A DNA stretch of 64,000 nt from Undibacterium sp. (GTDB lineage Bacteria > Pseudomonadota > Gammaproteobacteria > Burkholderiales > Burkholderiaceae_D), in the NCBI GenBank assembly GCA_025352365.1, contig JANXTO010000136.1, forward strand, positions 2,010 to 66,009. Direction: 5' to 3'. The first letter of the stretch is position 1. Each line of letters begins with the position of its first letter. Below the pieces are notes generated by a model. It was not told the DNA's origin and ran no database searches. It saw nothing but the letters and a program-made list of their open reading frames with translations. The translations under genes were made by a program, and so were the position numbers. Below are positions 9,346 through 19,875 of this stretch, in pieces.

Positions 9346-10248
9346 ATGACAATTACCATTACAGCCGCTGATTCAGCCGCTCCTTCAGTATCTGCCACAG
9401 CATCTGATACCGCATCCGCTTCAGCTCCCAAGACAGAAGCGGTCATCAATTCGCCATCTGATTCGAAACGAGATGGTCTGACACGAGTGGTCTTGGTCAC
9501 CGGCGCTGCCAAACGCATCGGTCGCACCATTGCGCTGACTTTGGCGCAGCGTGGCTGGGATGTTGCAGTACATTATGGTCGCTCAGAAGAAGAGGCGCTT
9601 GGTGTGGTGGCAGAGATCAAGGCAATGGGCAGACGCTCAATTGCCTTGCATTGTGATCTGGCGAATGAAACTTCCGTCAAAGAACTGCTACCCAGAGTCA
9701 TCGCGGCCTTTGGCAGCGTGCAATGCGTTGTAAATAACGCCTCGCTATTTGAAGAGGATAGTATTAGCGATGTCTCCAAATTGCGCTTAGATAAACATAT
9801 GCATGCCAATTTGTTAGCGCCGCTCTTATTATCACGGGCTTTACATACAGCCACGCCGGATGGGCAACAAAGCTGCGTGATTAATTTGCTGGACCAAAAG
9901 CTGCAAAATCTGAATCCTGATTTTTTGTCGTACACCCTATCCAAAGCAGCCTTGCAATGCGCCACAACGACCTTGGCGCAAGCACTCGCGCCCAAGGTGC
10001 GCGTGGTTGGCGTGTCGCCCGGGATCACGATGGTGTCCGGCCACCAGACTGCCGACGATTTTGCGCAAGCACATCAAGTCACGCCGCTGGGTCGCTCTAG
10101 TACACCTGAGGATATCGCCAATACGGTCTGCTTTGTTGCCGACATGCCTGCGATTACCGGCACCACCATCATGGTGGATGGCGGCCAGCATTTGCTGCCG
10201 TCTGCACGTGACATTATGTTTTTAGCGACCTCGGCGACAACTAAATAA
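9346..10248 (+). CDS. SDR-family oxidoreductase, pteridine/dihydromonapterin reductase (FolM)-like
   Basis: VLVTGAAKRIGRTIA glycine motif and YTLSKAAL catalytic motif, located next to folB. The first ~45 aa are Ala/Ser/Thr-rich and low-complexity. An in-frame GTG near 9487 could be the true start. Confidence 0.75.
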   Translation: MTITITAADSAAPSVSATASDTASASAPKTEAVINSPSDSKRDGLTRVVLVTGAAKRIGRTIALTLAQRGWDVAVHYGRSEEEALGVVAEIKAMGRRSIALHCDLANETSVKELLPRVIAAFGSVQCVVNNASLFEEDSISDVSKLRLDKHMHANLLAPLLLSRALHTATPDGQQSCVINLLDQKLQNLNPDFLSYTLSKAALQCATTTLAQALAPKVRVVGVSPGITMVSGHQTADDFAQAHQVTPLGRSSTPEDIANTVCFVADMPAITGTTIMVDGGQHLLPSARDIMFLATSATTK

Positions 10249-10326
10249 AGATCTTATTCCTTACCTATATTCGACCTACTGTAGTTTTACAATTCCATAA
10301 TTCCATTACATTGAACTGACCCCATC

Positions 10327-10725
10327 ATGCTATCTGTCCTCCACTACCCACAACTCGCCGATTGTCGTCGTTTATTTTTGCGTAATTACGAAGTCATGAT
10401 CAATATCGGTGTGCACGATTTTGAGAAAAAAGGCGAGCAACGCGTGATCATCAATGTAGATTTATATATTCCGCTGGCGCTCTCCACTCCATCTGCAGAT
10501 CATCTGGATGAAGTAGTAGATTATGATTTTATCCGCGAAACCATCGCACAACGTATGGCACAAGGGCATGTTCATTTACAAGAAACCTTGTGTGACGATG
10601 TGACCAAAAGTATGCTAGCACATCCTCGCGTGCGAGCAGTGCGGGTCTCTACCATGAAGCCCGATGTCTACCCTGATTGCGAAGGTGTGGGCGTAGAAGT
10701 ATTTCAAATTAAAACCGACATTTAA
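10327..10725 (+). CDS. folB: Dihydroneopterin aldolase family protein (FolB-like)
   Basis: A 132-aa protein with a FolB-like pattern ([20 protein letters not shown]...DYDFIRE), adjacent to the pteridine-reductase-like SDR. Confidence 0.7.
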   Translation: MLSVLHYPQLADCRRLFLRNYEVMINIGVHDFEKKGEQRVIINVDLYIPLALSTPSADHLDEVVDYDFIRETIAQRMAQGHVHLQETLCDDVTKSMLAHPRVRAVRVSTMKPDVYPDCEGVGVEVFQIKTDI

Positions 10726-10733
10726 GCGCCATC

Positions 10734-11705
10734 ATGCAAGTACAAGAAACCAGTTTTGCCGATTTGTCTTATTTGTCTACTAGCGGTGCGATGCCAGTGC
10801 AGACGCAAATAAGCCAAAAGTCGCAAGAAAAAATCACTTACGAAAATAATAAGCTACACAAGCGCCTGTGCCGCCAGGTTGGTCAGGCAATCGGTGATTT
10901 TAATATGATAGAAGAAGGCGACAAGGTCATGGTTTGCCTGTCCGGCGGCAAAGATAGTTATGCCATGCTGGATATTTTGATGACGCTGCGTGAACGCGCA
11001 CCGATCAATTTTGAGATCATCGCCGTCAATCTCGATCAGAAGCAACCTAACTTTCCCGAGCATATTTTGCCAGCGTATCTGGAAAAACTAGGCATCCCTT
11101 ACCACATCGAAAATCAAGATACCTACAGCATCGTCAAGCGTCTGATCCCGGAAGGCAAAACCACCTGCTCGCTATGCTCCCGCCTGCGGCGTGGCATTTT
11201 GTATCGGGTTGCAGATGAACTGGGCGCGACTAAAATCGCTCTCGGTCACCATCGCGACGATATTTTAGAAACCTTTTTTCTGAATATGTTTTTCGGCGGC
11301 AAACTCAAAGGCATGCCCGCCAAATTGCAATCCGACGATGGCAAACATATTGTGATCCGTCCACTGGCTTATGTGAAGGAAGAGGATTCAGAACGCTACG
11401 CTCAGATCAAGCAATTCCCGATTATTCCCTGCGACCTCTGCGGTTCGCAAGAAAATCTGCAGCGTAAGCAAATCAAAAATATGTTGCGTGGCTGGGAAAA
11501 GACCAATCCTGGTCGCGTAGAAAGTATATTTTCGTCACTGACCACGGTGGTGCCATCGCACTTGATGGATAAAAATCTGTTTAGCTTTACGGAGTTAAAA
11601 ATCGATGGCGTAGCGAATGCCAACGGCGATATTGCCTTTGATGGCGAACCCTGCGCAACGCCATCGAAGAATGTGATTTCTTTTAATCTGGGGAGGGAAG
11701 AGTAA
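10734..11705 (+). CDS. ttcA: tRNA 2-thiocytidine(32) synthetase TtcA
   Basis: PP-loop motif CLSGGKDS, conserved Cys motifs ([10 protein letters not shown] and CDLCGSQ), and typical TtcA length. Confidence 0.9.
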   Translation: MQVQETSFADLSYLSTSGAMPVQTQISQKSQEKITYENNKLHKRLCRQVGQAIGDFNMIEEGDKVMVCLSGGKDSYAMLDILMTLRERAPINFEIIAVNLDQKQPNFPEHILPAYLEKLGIPYHIENQDTYSIVKRLIPEGKTTCSLCSRLRRGILYRVADELGATKIALGHHRDDILETFFLNMFFGGKLKGMPAKLQSDDGKHIVIRPLAYVKEEDSERYAQIKQFPIIPCDLCGSQENLQRKQIKNMLRGWEKTNPGRVESIFSSLTTVVPSHLMDKNLFSFTELKIDGVANANGDIAFDGEPCATPSKNVISFNLGREE

Positions 11706-11776
11706 TCTGTACTCAAAACACTAGTTGACGCTCTGGAGAAATAACACTGGGTTCAACTAGGATTCAGTTGTCTCTA

Positions 11777-11808
11777 TAAAAAAATAGGCACTTTATAAAA
11801 GTGCCTAT
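11777..11808 (-). terminator. Intrinsic terminator downstream of amtB
   Basis: An 8-bp stem, ATAGGCAC (11784-11791) with GTGCCTAT (11801-11808), is followed on the minus strand by TTTTTTTA. Confidence 0.65.
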
Positions 11809-11935
11809 CAAGTCAGTCACATGCGCTCTAAACATGCACTGAAGATACTACCCCGAGAAAAACTTTGCAGTTGATGTGAGAACCAGGTAACTGACTTTCA
11901 CATCAACGATTACATCCATACCTCAACAACATCCA

Positions 11936-13534
11936 TTAAGAATGGTAAGCCGATTCACCGTGGCTGGTGATGTCCAAACCTTCGCGCTCTTCATCTTCAG
12001 GCACACGCAGACCGATGACCAGATCAACTAATTTGTATGCGATCAGAGAAACGATACCGGACCACAAAATCGTCGTACCAACTGCAGTTGCCTGGATTTG
12101 AACCTGACCAATGATGGAGTAAACATCCGTAGACATTTTGTTGGTGACGTAGTCCATGATTCCCTGACCACCGAGTGCAGGTGATGCAAACACACCTGTC
12201 AACAAAGCGCCCAAAATACCACCGACACCGTGCACACCAAACACGTCCAATGAATCATCTGCACCCAACAAGCGTTTCAGTCCATTGACACCCCACAGAC
12301 AAATCACACCTGCCAGCAAACCAATGATCAGGGCACCCATAGGACCGACGAAACCGCACGCTGGTGTAATCGCAACCAGACCGGCAACCGCACCGGAAGC
12401 ACCACCCAGCATCGATGGCTTACCTTTAGACATCCACTCACCGAAGACCCAAGAAACAGTAGCAGCAGCCGTTGCCAGCAAGGTATTGATGAAAGCCAGT
12501 GCAGCAACATCGCCTGCTTCTAAAGCAGAACCTGCATTGAAACCAAACCAGCCCACCCACAATAATGACGCACCGATCATGGTCATTGTCAGGGAGTGTG
12601 GTGCCATCGATTCTTTACCGTAACCAACACGCTTGCCGATCAAATAAGCACCGACCAAACCTGCAACCGCCGCATTAATATGAACGACAGTACCGCCAGC
12701 GAAGTCCAATGCACCTTTTTGGAACAAGAAGCCGCCTTTTGCAGTTTCAGTCGCCAAAGTTGCCGCATCTTTAATTGCATCAGGACCAGTCCAGAACCAG
12801 ACCATATGTGCAATCGGCAGGTAACTGAAAGTAAACCACAACACAATGAACAGCAGAACGGCGGTGAACTTAGCACGCTCAGCAAACGCGCCGATGATCA
12901 GGCCGCAAGTAATTGCTGCAAAAGTCGCCTGGAAAGCCACATAGACAAATTCAGGAATCACAACACCTTTGCTGAAAGTTGCCGCAGTCGCGAACGTTGC
13001 TTTGGCCGGATCCCAAATACCGTTAAGGAATAAGCGATCAAAAGAACCGATAAATCTGCCGCCTTCTGTGAATGCCAATGAGTAGCCATAAATGCACCAC
13101 AATACGATAATCACGGCGAAAATCATGAATACCTGCATCAGGATTGACAGCATATTTTTAGAGCGAACCAAACCGCCGTAGAACAAAGCCAAGCCTGGAA
13201 TTGTCATCAAAATGACTAACAAAGTAGATACCATCATCCAGGCAGTATCGCCCTTGTTGGCAACAGGTGCAGGTGCTGCAACAGCGCCAGAAGCAGCTGT
13301 TGCATCTGCCGCCGCTGCTGGTGCTGCCGGTACTACTGGTGCCACGGCAGCGCTGGCCGCTGCGGATGTCATTTCAGCAGGCACTGATGCAACGGCTGGC
13401 GCAGTAACAGCAGCAGTAGAAGCTGGTGCATCCACTTTGGCAGATGCTTCATCAGCTGCGATTGCCGACGATGCAAAGCCAACGGACAGGAACAAGGCGC
13501 TAGTTATCAACGCTTTGCAGAATGTTTTTTTCAT
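11936..13534 (-). CDS. amtB: Ammonium transporter (Amt family) with signal peptide and Ala/Pro-rich N-terminal linker
   Basis: Amt core motifs (DFAGGTVVHINAAVAGL and GVHGVGGILG) are present. I chose the ATG at 13534, which is preceded by GGGAGA. It is immediately downstream of glnK. Confidence 0.92.
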   Translation of the reverse strand: MKKTFCKALITSALFLSVGFASSAIAADEASAKVDAPASTAAVTAPAVASVPAEMTSAAASAAVAPVVPAAPAAAADATAASGAVAAPAPVANKGDTAWMMVSTLLVILMTIPGLALFYGGLVRSKNMLSILMQVFMIFAVIIVLWCIYGYSLAFTEGGRFIGSFDRLFLNGIWDPAKATFATAATFSKGVVIPEFVYVAFQATFAAITCGLIIGAFAERAKFTAVLLFIVLWFTFSYLPIAHMVWFWTGPDAIKDAATLATETAKGGFLFQKGALDFAGGTVVHINAAVAGLVGAYLIGKRVGYGKESMAPHSLTMTMIGASLLWVGWFGFNAGSALEAGDVAALAFINTLLATAAATVSWVFGEWMSKGKPSMLGGASGAVAGLVAITPACGFVGPMGALIIGLLAGVICLWGVNGLKRLLGADDSLDVFGVHGVGGILGALLTGVFASPALGGQGIMDYVTNKMSTDVYSIIGQVQIQATAVGTTILWSGIVSLIAYKLVDLVIGLRVPEDEEREGLDITSHGESAYHS

Positions 13535-13563
13535 GTGTGATCTCCCTGATTCCACGATATCGG

Positions 13564-13914
<351 letters not shown>

Positions 13915-13926
13915 TTAATAAATGTT

Positions 13927-14679
13927 TTAGAACGACTTCAGTGCGGAGAAAACTAGGCTTGTCTTACCGGTAAATTTGCCGGCAGGAGTAAAGTACAATT
14001 TTTCGTCAGCGTTAGTTCCGATAGCGGCAAGGCTAAAAGTAACACCTACAAATTCTTTAGTCACACCGATTTTCCAATCTGTGTAGGAAGAAGCGCTATT
14101 GTTTTTGACTGTCTGGTGGCCTGCGTGCAAATTCAGTATGTAACCAGATTCTGGTACGACTTCTACGTTGGCACCGATATCAAGATAACCGCTGTTTTTA
14201 CTATCGACGAAACCGAAAAGATTCGTCACAGAGTGTGAATATTTTGCATAGACCGGACCGTAGCCAACTTGACCATAGATTTCCGTCGTGTTTGCATTTG
14301 CAAAGCCTGGCACACTACCTAGTCCGTTGGATGGATATACGTAGGAGAGAAAACCAACATCGTAAGAAACGTCTTTGACGATTTCGCCACGTTTTCCACC
14401 ATAGATATCCCACTCGATATTGCCGTCACCACCAGCATCTTTAGTCCATTTGATCGTTGATAACCAAGTACCTGCGTAAAAACCTGTTGGGTTGTGTGTG
14501 TAGTCAGCACCGCCTTGTAAAGCGGGATTTAGACGAGATTGCGAAATGCCGCGATAGCGGTAATCGCTTACACCCCCAATATTGAAACTAACTTCGTTGT
14601 CCGGCTTAGCATCTTCTGCATGGGCTAAACTCGCGCCAAATGAGGCTGCTACTGCGACTGCTAATAATAATTTTTTCAT
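13927..14679 (-). CDS. TorF-family (TIGR02001-type) putative outer-membrane beta-barrel protein, first gene of the glnK-amtB operon
   Basis: It has a signal peptide, the characteristic SDYRYRGISQS...ALQGGADY...GFYAGTW N-terminal pattern, and a C-terminal aromatic residue. Confidence 0.75.
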   Translation of the reverse strand: MKKLLLAVAVAASFGASLAHAEDAKPDNEVSFNIGGVSDYRYRGISQSRLNPALQGGADYTHNPTGFYAGTWLSTIKWTKDAGGDGNIEWDIYGGKRGEIVKDVSYDVGFLSYVYPSNGLGSVPGFANANTTEIYGQVGYGPVYAKYSHSVTNLFGFVDSKNSGYLDIGANVEVVPESGYILNLHAGHQTVKNNSASSYTDWKIGVTKEFVGVTFSLAAIGTNADEKLYFTPAGKFTGKTSLVFSALKSF

Positions 14680-14738
14680 CGTACTTTCCCATTTTTAGTT
14701 ATGTTACGGTTTAAAAAACTTTTATCATTCGTACCATT

Positions 14739-14754
14739 AGCAGGAGTCGTGCCA
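14739..14754 (-). promoter_or_regulatory. Sigma54 (-24/-12) promoter for torF-like-glnK-amtB
   Basis: The minus strand reads TGGCACGACTCCTGCT, against the consensus TGGCACG-N4-TTGCW. GG and GC are at the exact spacing. It lies ~60 nt upstream of the ATG at 14679. Confidence 0.8.
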
Positions 14755-14979
14755 AGTCTGGATTTAAACAAAATAAAATTTGCCAATTTGATGAATCATC
14801 CGCAGCAAACATCGTAAAAATTCATATTAGAGGGGGCATCTAAGTTCATAGATGTGTTTGTTACGTTATGATTTCACTCTGTTTAGCGTATAGTTAGGTA
14901 TTAAATAGGCAATACAATTCTGGACATCAAGAAAAATGCACCAATACTTAGCGCTACAAAATTACACACCTAAATTAAC

Positions 14980-14996
14980 TGCACTAATTTTGTGCA
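14980..14996. promoter_or_regulatory. NtrC-type enhancer site
   Basis: TGCACTAATTTTGTGCA matches TGCAC-N7-GTGCA. A half-site, TGCACCA, is at 14937-14943. The site is ~240 bp upstream of the sigma54 promoter. Confidence 0.55.
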
Positions 14997-15022
14997 TAAA
15001 AATCTACCAATAGGAAATCAAT

Positions 15023-15265
15023 ATGAACAAGCAAGATTTTTTTAGTGATATTCAAACCAAAATTAACCAAGTATTAGAAAACTCACCGGCCAAAGACATT
15101 GAAAAAAATGTCAAAGCGATGATGAGTCAGGGTTTCTCCAAACTAGATTTAGTGACCAGAGAAGAGTTTGATATCCAGGCGCAAGTCCTAGCAAAAACTC
15201 GTGCCAAGTTGGAGGCATTAGAAGCGCGCATCGCTGCGCTGGAAGTACCGGCCGATAAAACTTAA
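15023..15265 (+). CDS. ubiK: UbiK/YqiC-family accessory factor (coiled-coil)
   Basis: An 80-aa protein with a typical pattern (VTREEFDIQAQVLAKTRAKLEALEARIAALE) in the conserved position upstream of comM/yifB. Confidence 0.8.
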   Translation: MNKQDFFSDIQTKINQVLENSPAKDIEKNVKAMMSQGFSKLDLVTREEFDIQAQVLAKTRAKLEALEARIAALEVPADKT

Positions 15266-15284
15266 ACACTAAGCTCAAACAATA

Positions 15285-16799
15285 ATGTCACTCGCCGTAC
15301 TAAAAAGCCGTGCTCTTACCGGGATGGAGGCACCAGAGGTCACTGTGGAGGTGCATCTGGCAAATGGTCTTCCCTCGTTCACGATTGTTGGTCTGCCCGA
15401 AACTGAGGTCAAAGAATCTAAAGATCGTGTCAGAGCGGCTTTGCAAAATGCACGGTTTGATTTCCCTACCAAAAGGATTACTGTCAATCTTGCACCCGCA
15501 GATTTGCCTAAAGAATCTGGCCGGTTTGATTTGCCGATTGCCCTAGGTATTTTGGCGGCGTCTGGTCAAATCCCGGGTGACGCTTTAGATCAGTACGAAT
15601 TTGCAGGAGAATTATCGCTATCTGGTGAGTTGCGCCCTATCCGTGGCGCGCTGGCGATGACATTTGCGATTTGTAAAAATACCCAAAATCCACGTGCTTT
15701 TATCTTGCCTCGTGCTAACGCGGATGAGGCCGCACTGGTCAAAGACGCCACCATCTATCCTGCGGACTCGCTATTACAGGTGTGCGCCCACTTCGCTGGA
15801 TTTGACGCAGCGGCAAAGCTCAAGCCACATCAGGTGACTACGGTCACACAACGTCAGCCTTATCCCGATTTTATGGAAGTGAAAGGGCAACTGCAAGCCA
15901 AGCGCGCTTTAGAAGTTGCCGCAGCAGGCATGCATAGTGTCTTGATGGTGGGTCCGCCCGGTACTGGAAAATCCATGTTGGCAGCGCGCTTTCCCGGGAT
16001 TTTACCAAGCATGACAGACCAAGAGGCATTGGAATCTGCCGCGGTGCAATCCTTGACGAGCGGCTTCTCGGTGTCGAAATGGAAGAATCGTCCTTTTAGG
16101 TCGCCGCATCACACAGCATCTGGAGTTGCACTGGTTGGCGGAGGTAGTGTCCCGCGTCCGGGAGAAATCTCGCTCGCTCATCGCGGTGTATTGTTTTTAG
16201 ATGAGCTGCCTGAGTTTGATCGTCGTGTTCTAGAAGTCTTGCGTGAGCCACTGGAGTCTGGACATATTACGATTTCACGCGCGGCGCGACAAGCGGATTT
16301 TCCGGCTAAGTTCCAACTCATCGCTGCGATGAACCCCTGTCCATGTGGATACTTTGGACATGCCAATGGCAAATGCCGCTGCACACCGGACAACATCGCT
16401 CGTTATCAGGACAAAATTTCTGGCCCGTTATTGGATCGTATCGATATGCAAATCCAGGTCGGTGCGTTGCCGCATCAGGATTTATTGAAACAAGCGGACG
16501 GCGAAACGACTGCCGTAATTCATGCGCGGGTTGAGGCGGCTTTTGAGCGGCAAATCGCGCGCCAAGGTAAAACCAATAACCATTTATCGACGACAGAAAT
16601 TGATCAGTATTGTCAGCCTGACCAAGCTGCCGAGCAGCTTTTGCGACATGCCATGATCAAACTTAACTGGTCAGCGCGTGCCTACCATCGAGTGCTAAAA
16701 GTAGCGCGTACGATTGCCGATCTTGCCAACGTCGCGCAAATAGGTCAGCCACATGTTGCTGAGGCGATCCAGTATCGCAGAGCATTAAAAGAGCGCTGA
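15285..16799 (+). CDS. comM: YifB/ComM-family Mg-chelatase-like AAA+ ATPase
   Basis: N-terminal Lon-protease-like domain, Walker A GPPGTGKS, Walker B VLFLDELPEF, a CPCG zinc-ribbon-like insert and a C-terminal ChlI-like tail. Confidence 0.92.
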   Translation: MSLAVLKSRALTGMEAPEVTVEVHLANGLPSFTIVGLPETEVKESKDRVRAALQNARFDFPTKRITVNLAPADLPKESGRFDLPIALGILAASGQIPGDALDQYEFAGELSLSGELRPIRGALAMTFAICKNTQNPRAFILPRANADEAALVKDATIYPADSLLQVCAHFAGFDAAAKLKPHQVTTVTQRQPYPDFMEVKGQLQAKRALEVAAAGMHSVLMVGPPGTGKSMLAARFPGILPSMTDQEALESAAVQSLTSGFSVSKWKNRPFRSPHHTASGVALVGGGSVPRPGEISLAHRGVLFLDELPEFDRRVLEVLREPLESGHITISRAARQADFPAKFQLIAAMNPCPCGYFGHANGKCRCTPDNIARYQDKISGPLLDRIDMQIQVGALPHQDLLKQADGETTAVIHARVEAAFERQIARQGKTNNHLSTTEIDQYCQPDQAAEQLLRHAMIKLNWSARAYHRVLKVARTIADLANVAQIGQPHVAEAIQYRRALKER

Positions 16800-16946
16800 A
16801 GAACCTTGGGAGCAAATTAAGAACCGGTTGGAAACACTGAATTCAGGTTTATCCCTTGAAATGCGCCCATTCGTAGCAAAATAAGTCTCATTGTATGCAC
16901 CGCATTTACTCTATTACTCTGCGCACGCCTCTCCAAGGAGCAATCC

Positions 16947-17681
16947 ATGTCCCCCAGCGAAATTCAATTATTACAAACTTTTTTAACACAACTGGTGCAA
17001 ACCCAGGCCTTGAATAAGGATCAGCAGGCACAAAGCATGATTGCCGAAGCCACTGCACACCAGCCGGATGCGGCTTATTTGTTGGTGCAACGGAGTTTGC
17101 TGCTAGAACAAGCGGTGACCAACGCGCAAAGCCAGATCGCACAGTTACAAACGGAAAACGCGGAACTCAAAGCCACGCGTGGCAATACTGCCGGTGGATT
17201 TTTGCAAGCCACCAATACGGCCTGGGGCAACAGCGTCAGTAGTCCCCCAATAAACTCACCGATCAGCTCACCATCGACAGCTACCTCCATCAATGGAACC
17301 AGTGGAACAAACGGGACGGCGCTGGCACCCGCATTTGCGAATCCGATGGCATCTGCGCCAAGCTCTGGCTTCTTCGGCGGCAATGCCGGCAATATGCTGG
17401 GCACCGTTGCGGCAACAGCTGCTGGTGTCGCAGCAGGCGCGTTTTTGTTTCAGGGAATAGAGAATTTAGTTGGCAACCATCACGGAATGAATGCCGGAAC
17501 GAATCGAGAAACCAATCCGGCAGCCAGCCTCAGTAATGCTGACAACGGATTAATCCCGAATTCCTTTAGTGAAGATAAAACTGCTGCCGATAACAGCAAC
17601 AGTTTGGCCGACGCCAGCGGGATTGACGATATCAGCAGCATGGACGACAACGCTGGTGCTGATATCTTGGATGATATTTAA
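16947..17681 (+). CDS. DUF2076-domain protein
   Basis: The N-terminal coiled-coil pattern (MSPSEIQLLQTFL...AAYLLVQRSLLLEQAV) is followed by a Gly/Ser/Ala-rich tail, as in DUF2076/COG3416 proteins. Confidence 0.7.
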   Translation: MSPSEIQLLQTFLTQLVQTQALNKDQQAQSMIAEATAHQPDAAYLLVQRSLLLEQAVTNAQSQIAQLQTENAELKATRGNTAGGFLQATNTAWGNSVSSPPINSPISSPSTATSINGTSGTNGTALAPAFANPMASAPSSGFFGGNAGNMLGTVAATAAGVAAGAFLFQGIENLVGNHHGMNAGTNRETNPAASLSNADNGLIPNSFSEDKTAADNSNSLADASGIDDISSMDDNAGADILDDI

Positions 17682-17691
17682 GCTAGAGCGC

Positions 17692-18270
17692 TTAATCAGG
17701 TCTTGGATAAACCTCGCGGGAAAGCATTTTCCCACTTTGATCCAGCTTAATTAATACCATCTCACCGGCGGCGGTATCTACCCCAGAATACGCCGAGATA
17801 TTGACTTGATGCGTGACCAAAATCAATGCTTTTGCCCCTTTGGTTTTGATCGCGCTTTGAATAAACGTCGGTAAATCACTGGGCGGCAAGGCGGCGCTAT
17901 TCTTCTCTTCAAAAGTCGATGCCAGCGCGTTTTCTGGTGTGACTGGTCCAAAACCCAATAGACGCGCCGTATCGCTTGTCCGGCACCAAGGACTCGCATA
18001 CACCGCCGCAGTTTGTATGCCCTGCTGTTTTAACCACTGACCGATTCTTTTTGCCTGGGCGATGCCTTCATCGCTGAGGTTTCTTTGCGTCTTACAATCG
18101 CCCAGCTTGAAATTGGCAGGATCACCGACGCCTGGCGCTCTGGTGTGACGCATCATTAATACATAGTCGGGGCTTGCTAACTTAGCTGCAAGCTTTTGAG
18201 CTGGCTCATTGGTTTGGCAACAGGCATTACCTGCGAAAAAGAGTGTCAAAATTAGGAGTAATCGCTTCAT
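17692..18270 (-). CDS. Histidine phosphatase family protein (secreted)
   Basis: Signal peptide, an RHTRAPG catalytic motif (RHG-type), and a downstream HQ motif (LVTHQVN). Confidence 0.75.
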   Translation of the reverse strand: MKRLLLILTLFFAGNACCQTNEPAQKLAAKLASPDYVLMMRHTRAPGVGDPANFKLGDCKTQRNLSDEGIAQAKRIGQWLKQQGIQTAAVYASPWCRTSDTARLLGFGPVTPENALASTFEEKNSAALPPSDLPTFIQSAIKTKGAKALILVTHQVNISAYSGVDTAAGEMVLIKLDQSGKMLSREVYPRPD

Positions 18271-18332
18271 CGGTGGTTCTCTAATAATCTGGTTTTTAAT
18301 TAAAATCTGTTAATAAATCTCTATATCAAAAA

Positions 18333-18416
18333 ATATACTCCCCTCAGGTATATTTATATTGCCCATACAAAATCTGGACAATGAGCCAATTTTATCTAAA
18401 AATAAGGGGAGTATAT
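18333..18416 (+). repeat. Copy 3 of the ~85-bp intergenic repeat
   Basis: ATATACTCCCCTCAGGTATAT hairpin, core TTGCCCATACAAAATCTGGACAAT, and terminal AAGGGGAGTATAT (to 18416). Confidence 0.8.
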
Positions 18417-18435
18417 TCGTCTGATCTATTTTTAT

Positions 18436-19593
18436 TCAATTATGGATCGCCAGCAAAGTCGCCTGCAACAAGCCTGCCGCCGGACCTTTGTTGGCCCAGG
18501 TCTGGCTTAAATCGACATCGCCGTTGGTGCTGATCATGATCAGGTAGGCTTCGTTTTTGATGTCTACCAAATTGAGTGTGCGGATACCTCCTATCCAGCC
18601 TTGGCGCTCGACGATCATGCTGGCGGGTTTATCCGCCTTGGCAGAAAATGGATAAGACCAGACGCCCAAAGCGCCGCCAACGGCATTCGGTTTCACCATC
18701 TCAGCGCGGCTGGCTGGGGACAATAACCTACCACGGCTAAAGGCCTGATCAAAAGCCAATAAATCCCGCAAAGTCCCAAAAGTCGCGCCTGCGGCACCGT
18801 AGCTGGCAAAGTTGATCGGGATTTCTGGATTGCCGCCGACGATGCCATGTACATGGTTTACATCGTCGTAATACGGTGGACTGTACATACCAGAATGGGT
18901 CATTTTGGCGGGATTGAATATCTTTTGCTGCAATAACTTTTGATATTTGATGCCAGTGACTTTTTCTAGCAGCGCACCTAAGACGATGAAATCGCAATTA
19001 TTGTAATCAAATGCTTCACCTGGCGCGCGCTGCAAAGGCGTAGCGCAGACTGTTGTGGCGTTCAGCTGCATGTCACCGGATGCTGGTGTGCGGGCAAAAT
19101 AAAACTGCGGTAACTTATCTGGATTAGGCAAGCCAGACATGTGCAACATCAACTGCCGGAGGGTGATTGCCCGCGCTGCCTCGTTAGGGAAATCCGGCCA
19201 GAATTTGCCCAGCGGCATATCCAACGCCAGCTTACCGGCATCCACCTGCTGCATCACCATGACCGAGGTGAATAGCTTGGTAATGGAGGCATATCGAAAT
19301 ACACTATCTTTACTCAAAGCAGGCTGCCCGATTTGCGGCTCACCAATAACTTTCTCTAGCAAGACCTGATCACCGTGCGCGGCTAATACCAATCCCTTAA
19401 ATCCGTCAGCCTCTAATTTGCTTGCTGCGGCCTCAAGCCCGGGATTTAGGGCTGGATCAGATGCGGTATTGGGCGCTGCCAAAGATAAAGGCGAGACCGA
19501 CGACAAAGATAACAAAGCACTAACGCATATGCTTGCGACTAAAAAAAGCTTTTTTCGGGACTTCATCAGACCTGACATGGCGACTCCAGACAA
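18436..19593 (-). CDS. Serine hydrolase, beta-lactamase/PBP4*-like family
   Basis: Signal peptide, an SxxK motif (SITK) and a YxN motif (YNN). The start is uncertain among several N-terminal Met codons. Confidence 0.8.
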   Translation of the reverse strand: MSGVAMSGLMKSRKKLFLVASICVSALLSLSSVSPLSLAAPNTASDPALNPGLEAAASKLEADGFKGLVLAAHGDQVLLEKVIGEPQIGQPALSKDSVFRYASITKLFTSVMVMQQVDAGKLALDMPLGKFWPDFPNEAARAITLRQLMLHMSGLPNPDKLPQFYFARTPASGDMQLNATTVCATPLQRAPGEAFDYNNCDFIVLGALLEKVTGIKYQKLLQQKIFNPAKMTHSGMYSPPYYDDVNHVHGIVGGNPEIPINFASYGAAGATFGTLRDLLAFDQAFSRGRLLSPASRAEMVKPNAVGGALGVWSYPFSAKADKPASMIVERQGWIGGIRTLNLVDIKNEAYLIMISTNGDVDLSQTWANKGPAAGLLQATLLAIHN

Positions 19594-19875
19594 GATTAAA
19601 AAATCAACTGACGGCTGCTATGTTGCGTCATCAGGAATTACGCAAACCGCCCTAGCTTAGCCACAACTGACCCACAACTGAGTTACAGCCGAGTTACAGC
19701 CTGTTACTAAATTTGCAGATTCAGCGGAAAAACCATGATAACTTTTTTCCTTGTGCTGCGTTGTAACTAGACGGCAAAGTCGCTTTCTATACCAGATGCA
19801 AATACTGTAAAGCGGGCGGGTAGCAATTTCACATCAGTTTAATTTCATCTGATTATCGATTTACGAAGGTCGATC

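Noticed and set aside
14821-14935. A possible degenerate relic of the ~85-bp repeat (GGTATTAAATAGGCAATACAATTCTGGACAT, with an upstream AGAGGGGGCAT).
   Set aside because: Only the half-core ...CTGGACAT resembles the family. The terminal ATATACTCC and GGGGAGTATAT boxes are absent, so the evidence is insufficient to count it as a tenth copy.
19671-19711. Short tandem duplications (CCACAACTGA x2 and GAGTTACAGCC x2) upstream of the DUF1800 gene.
   Set aside because: Each has only two units of ~10 bp, with no palindrome or phasing and no link to other features. It is probably slippage noise.
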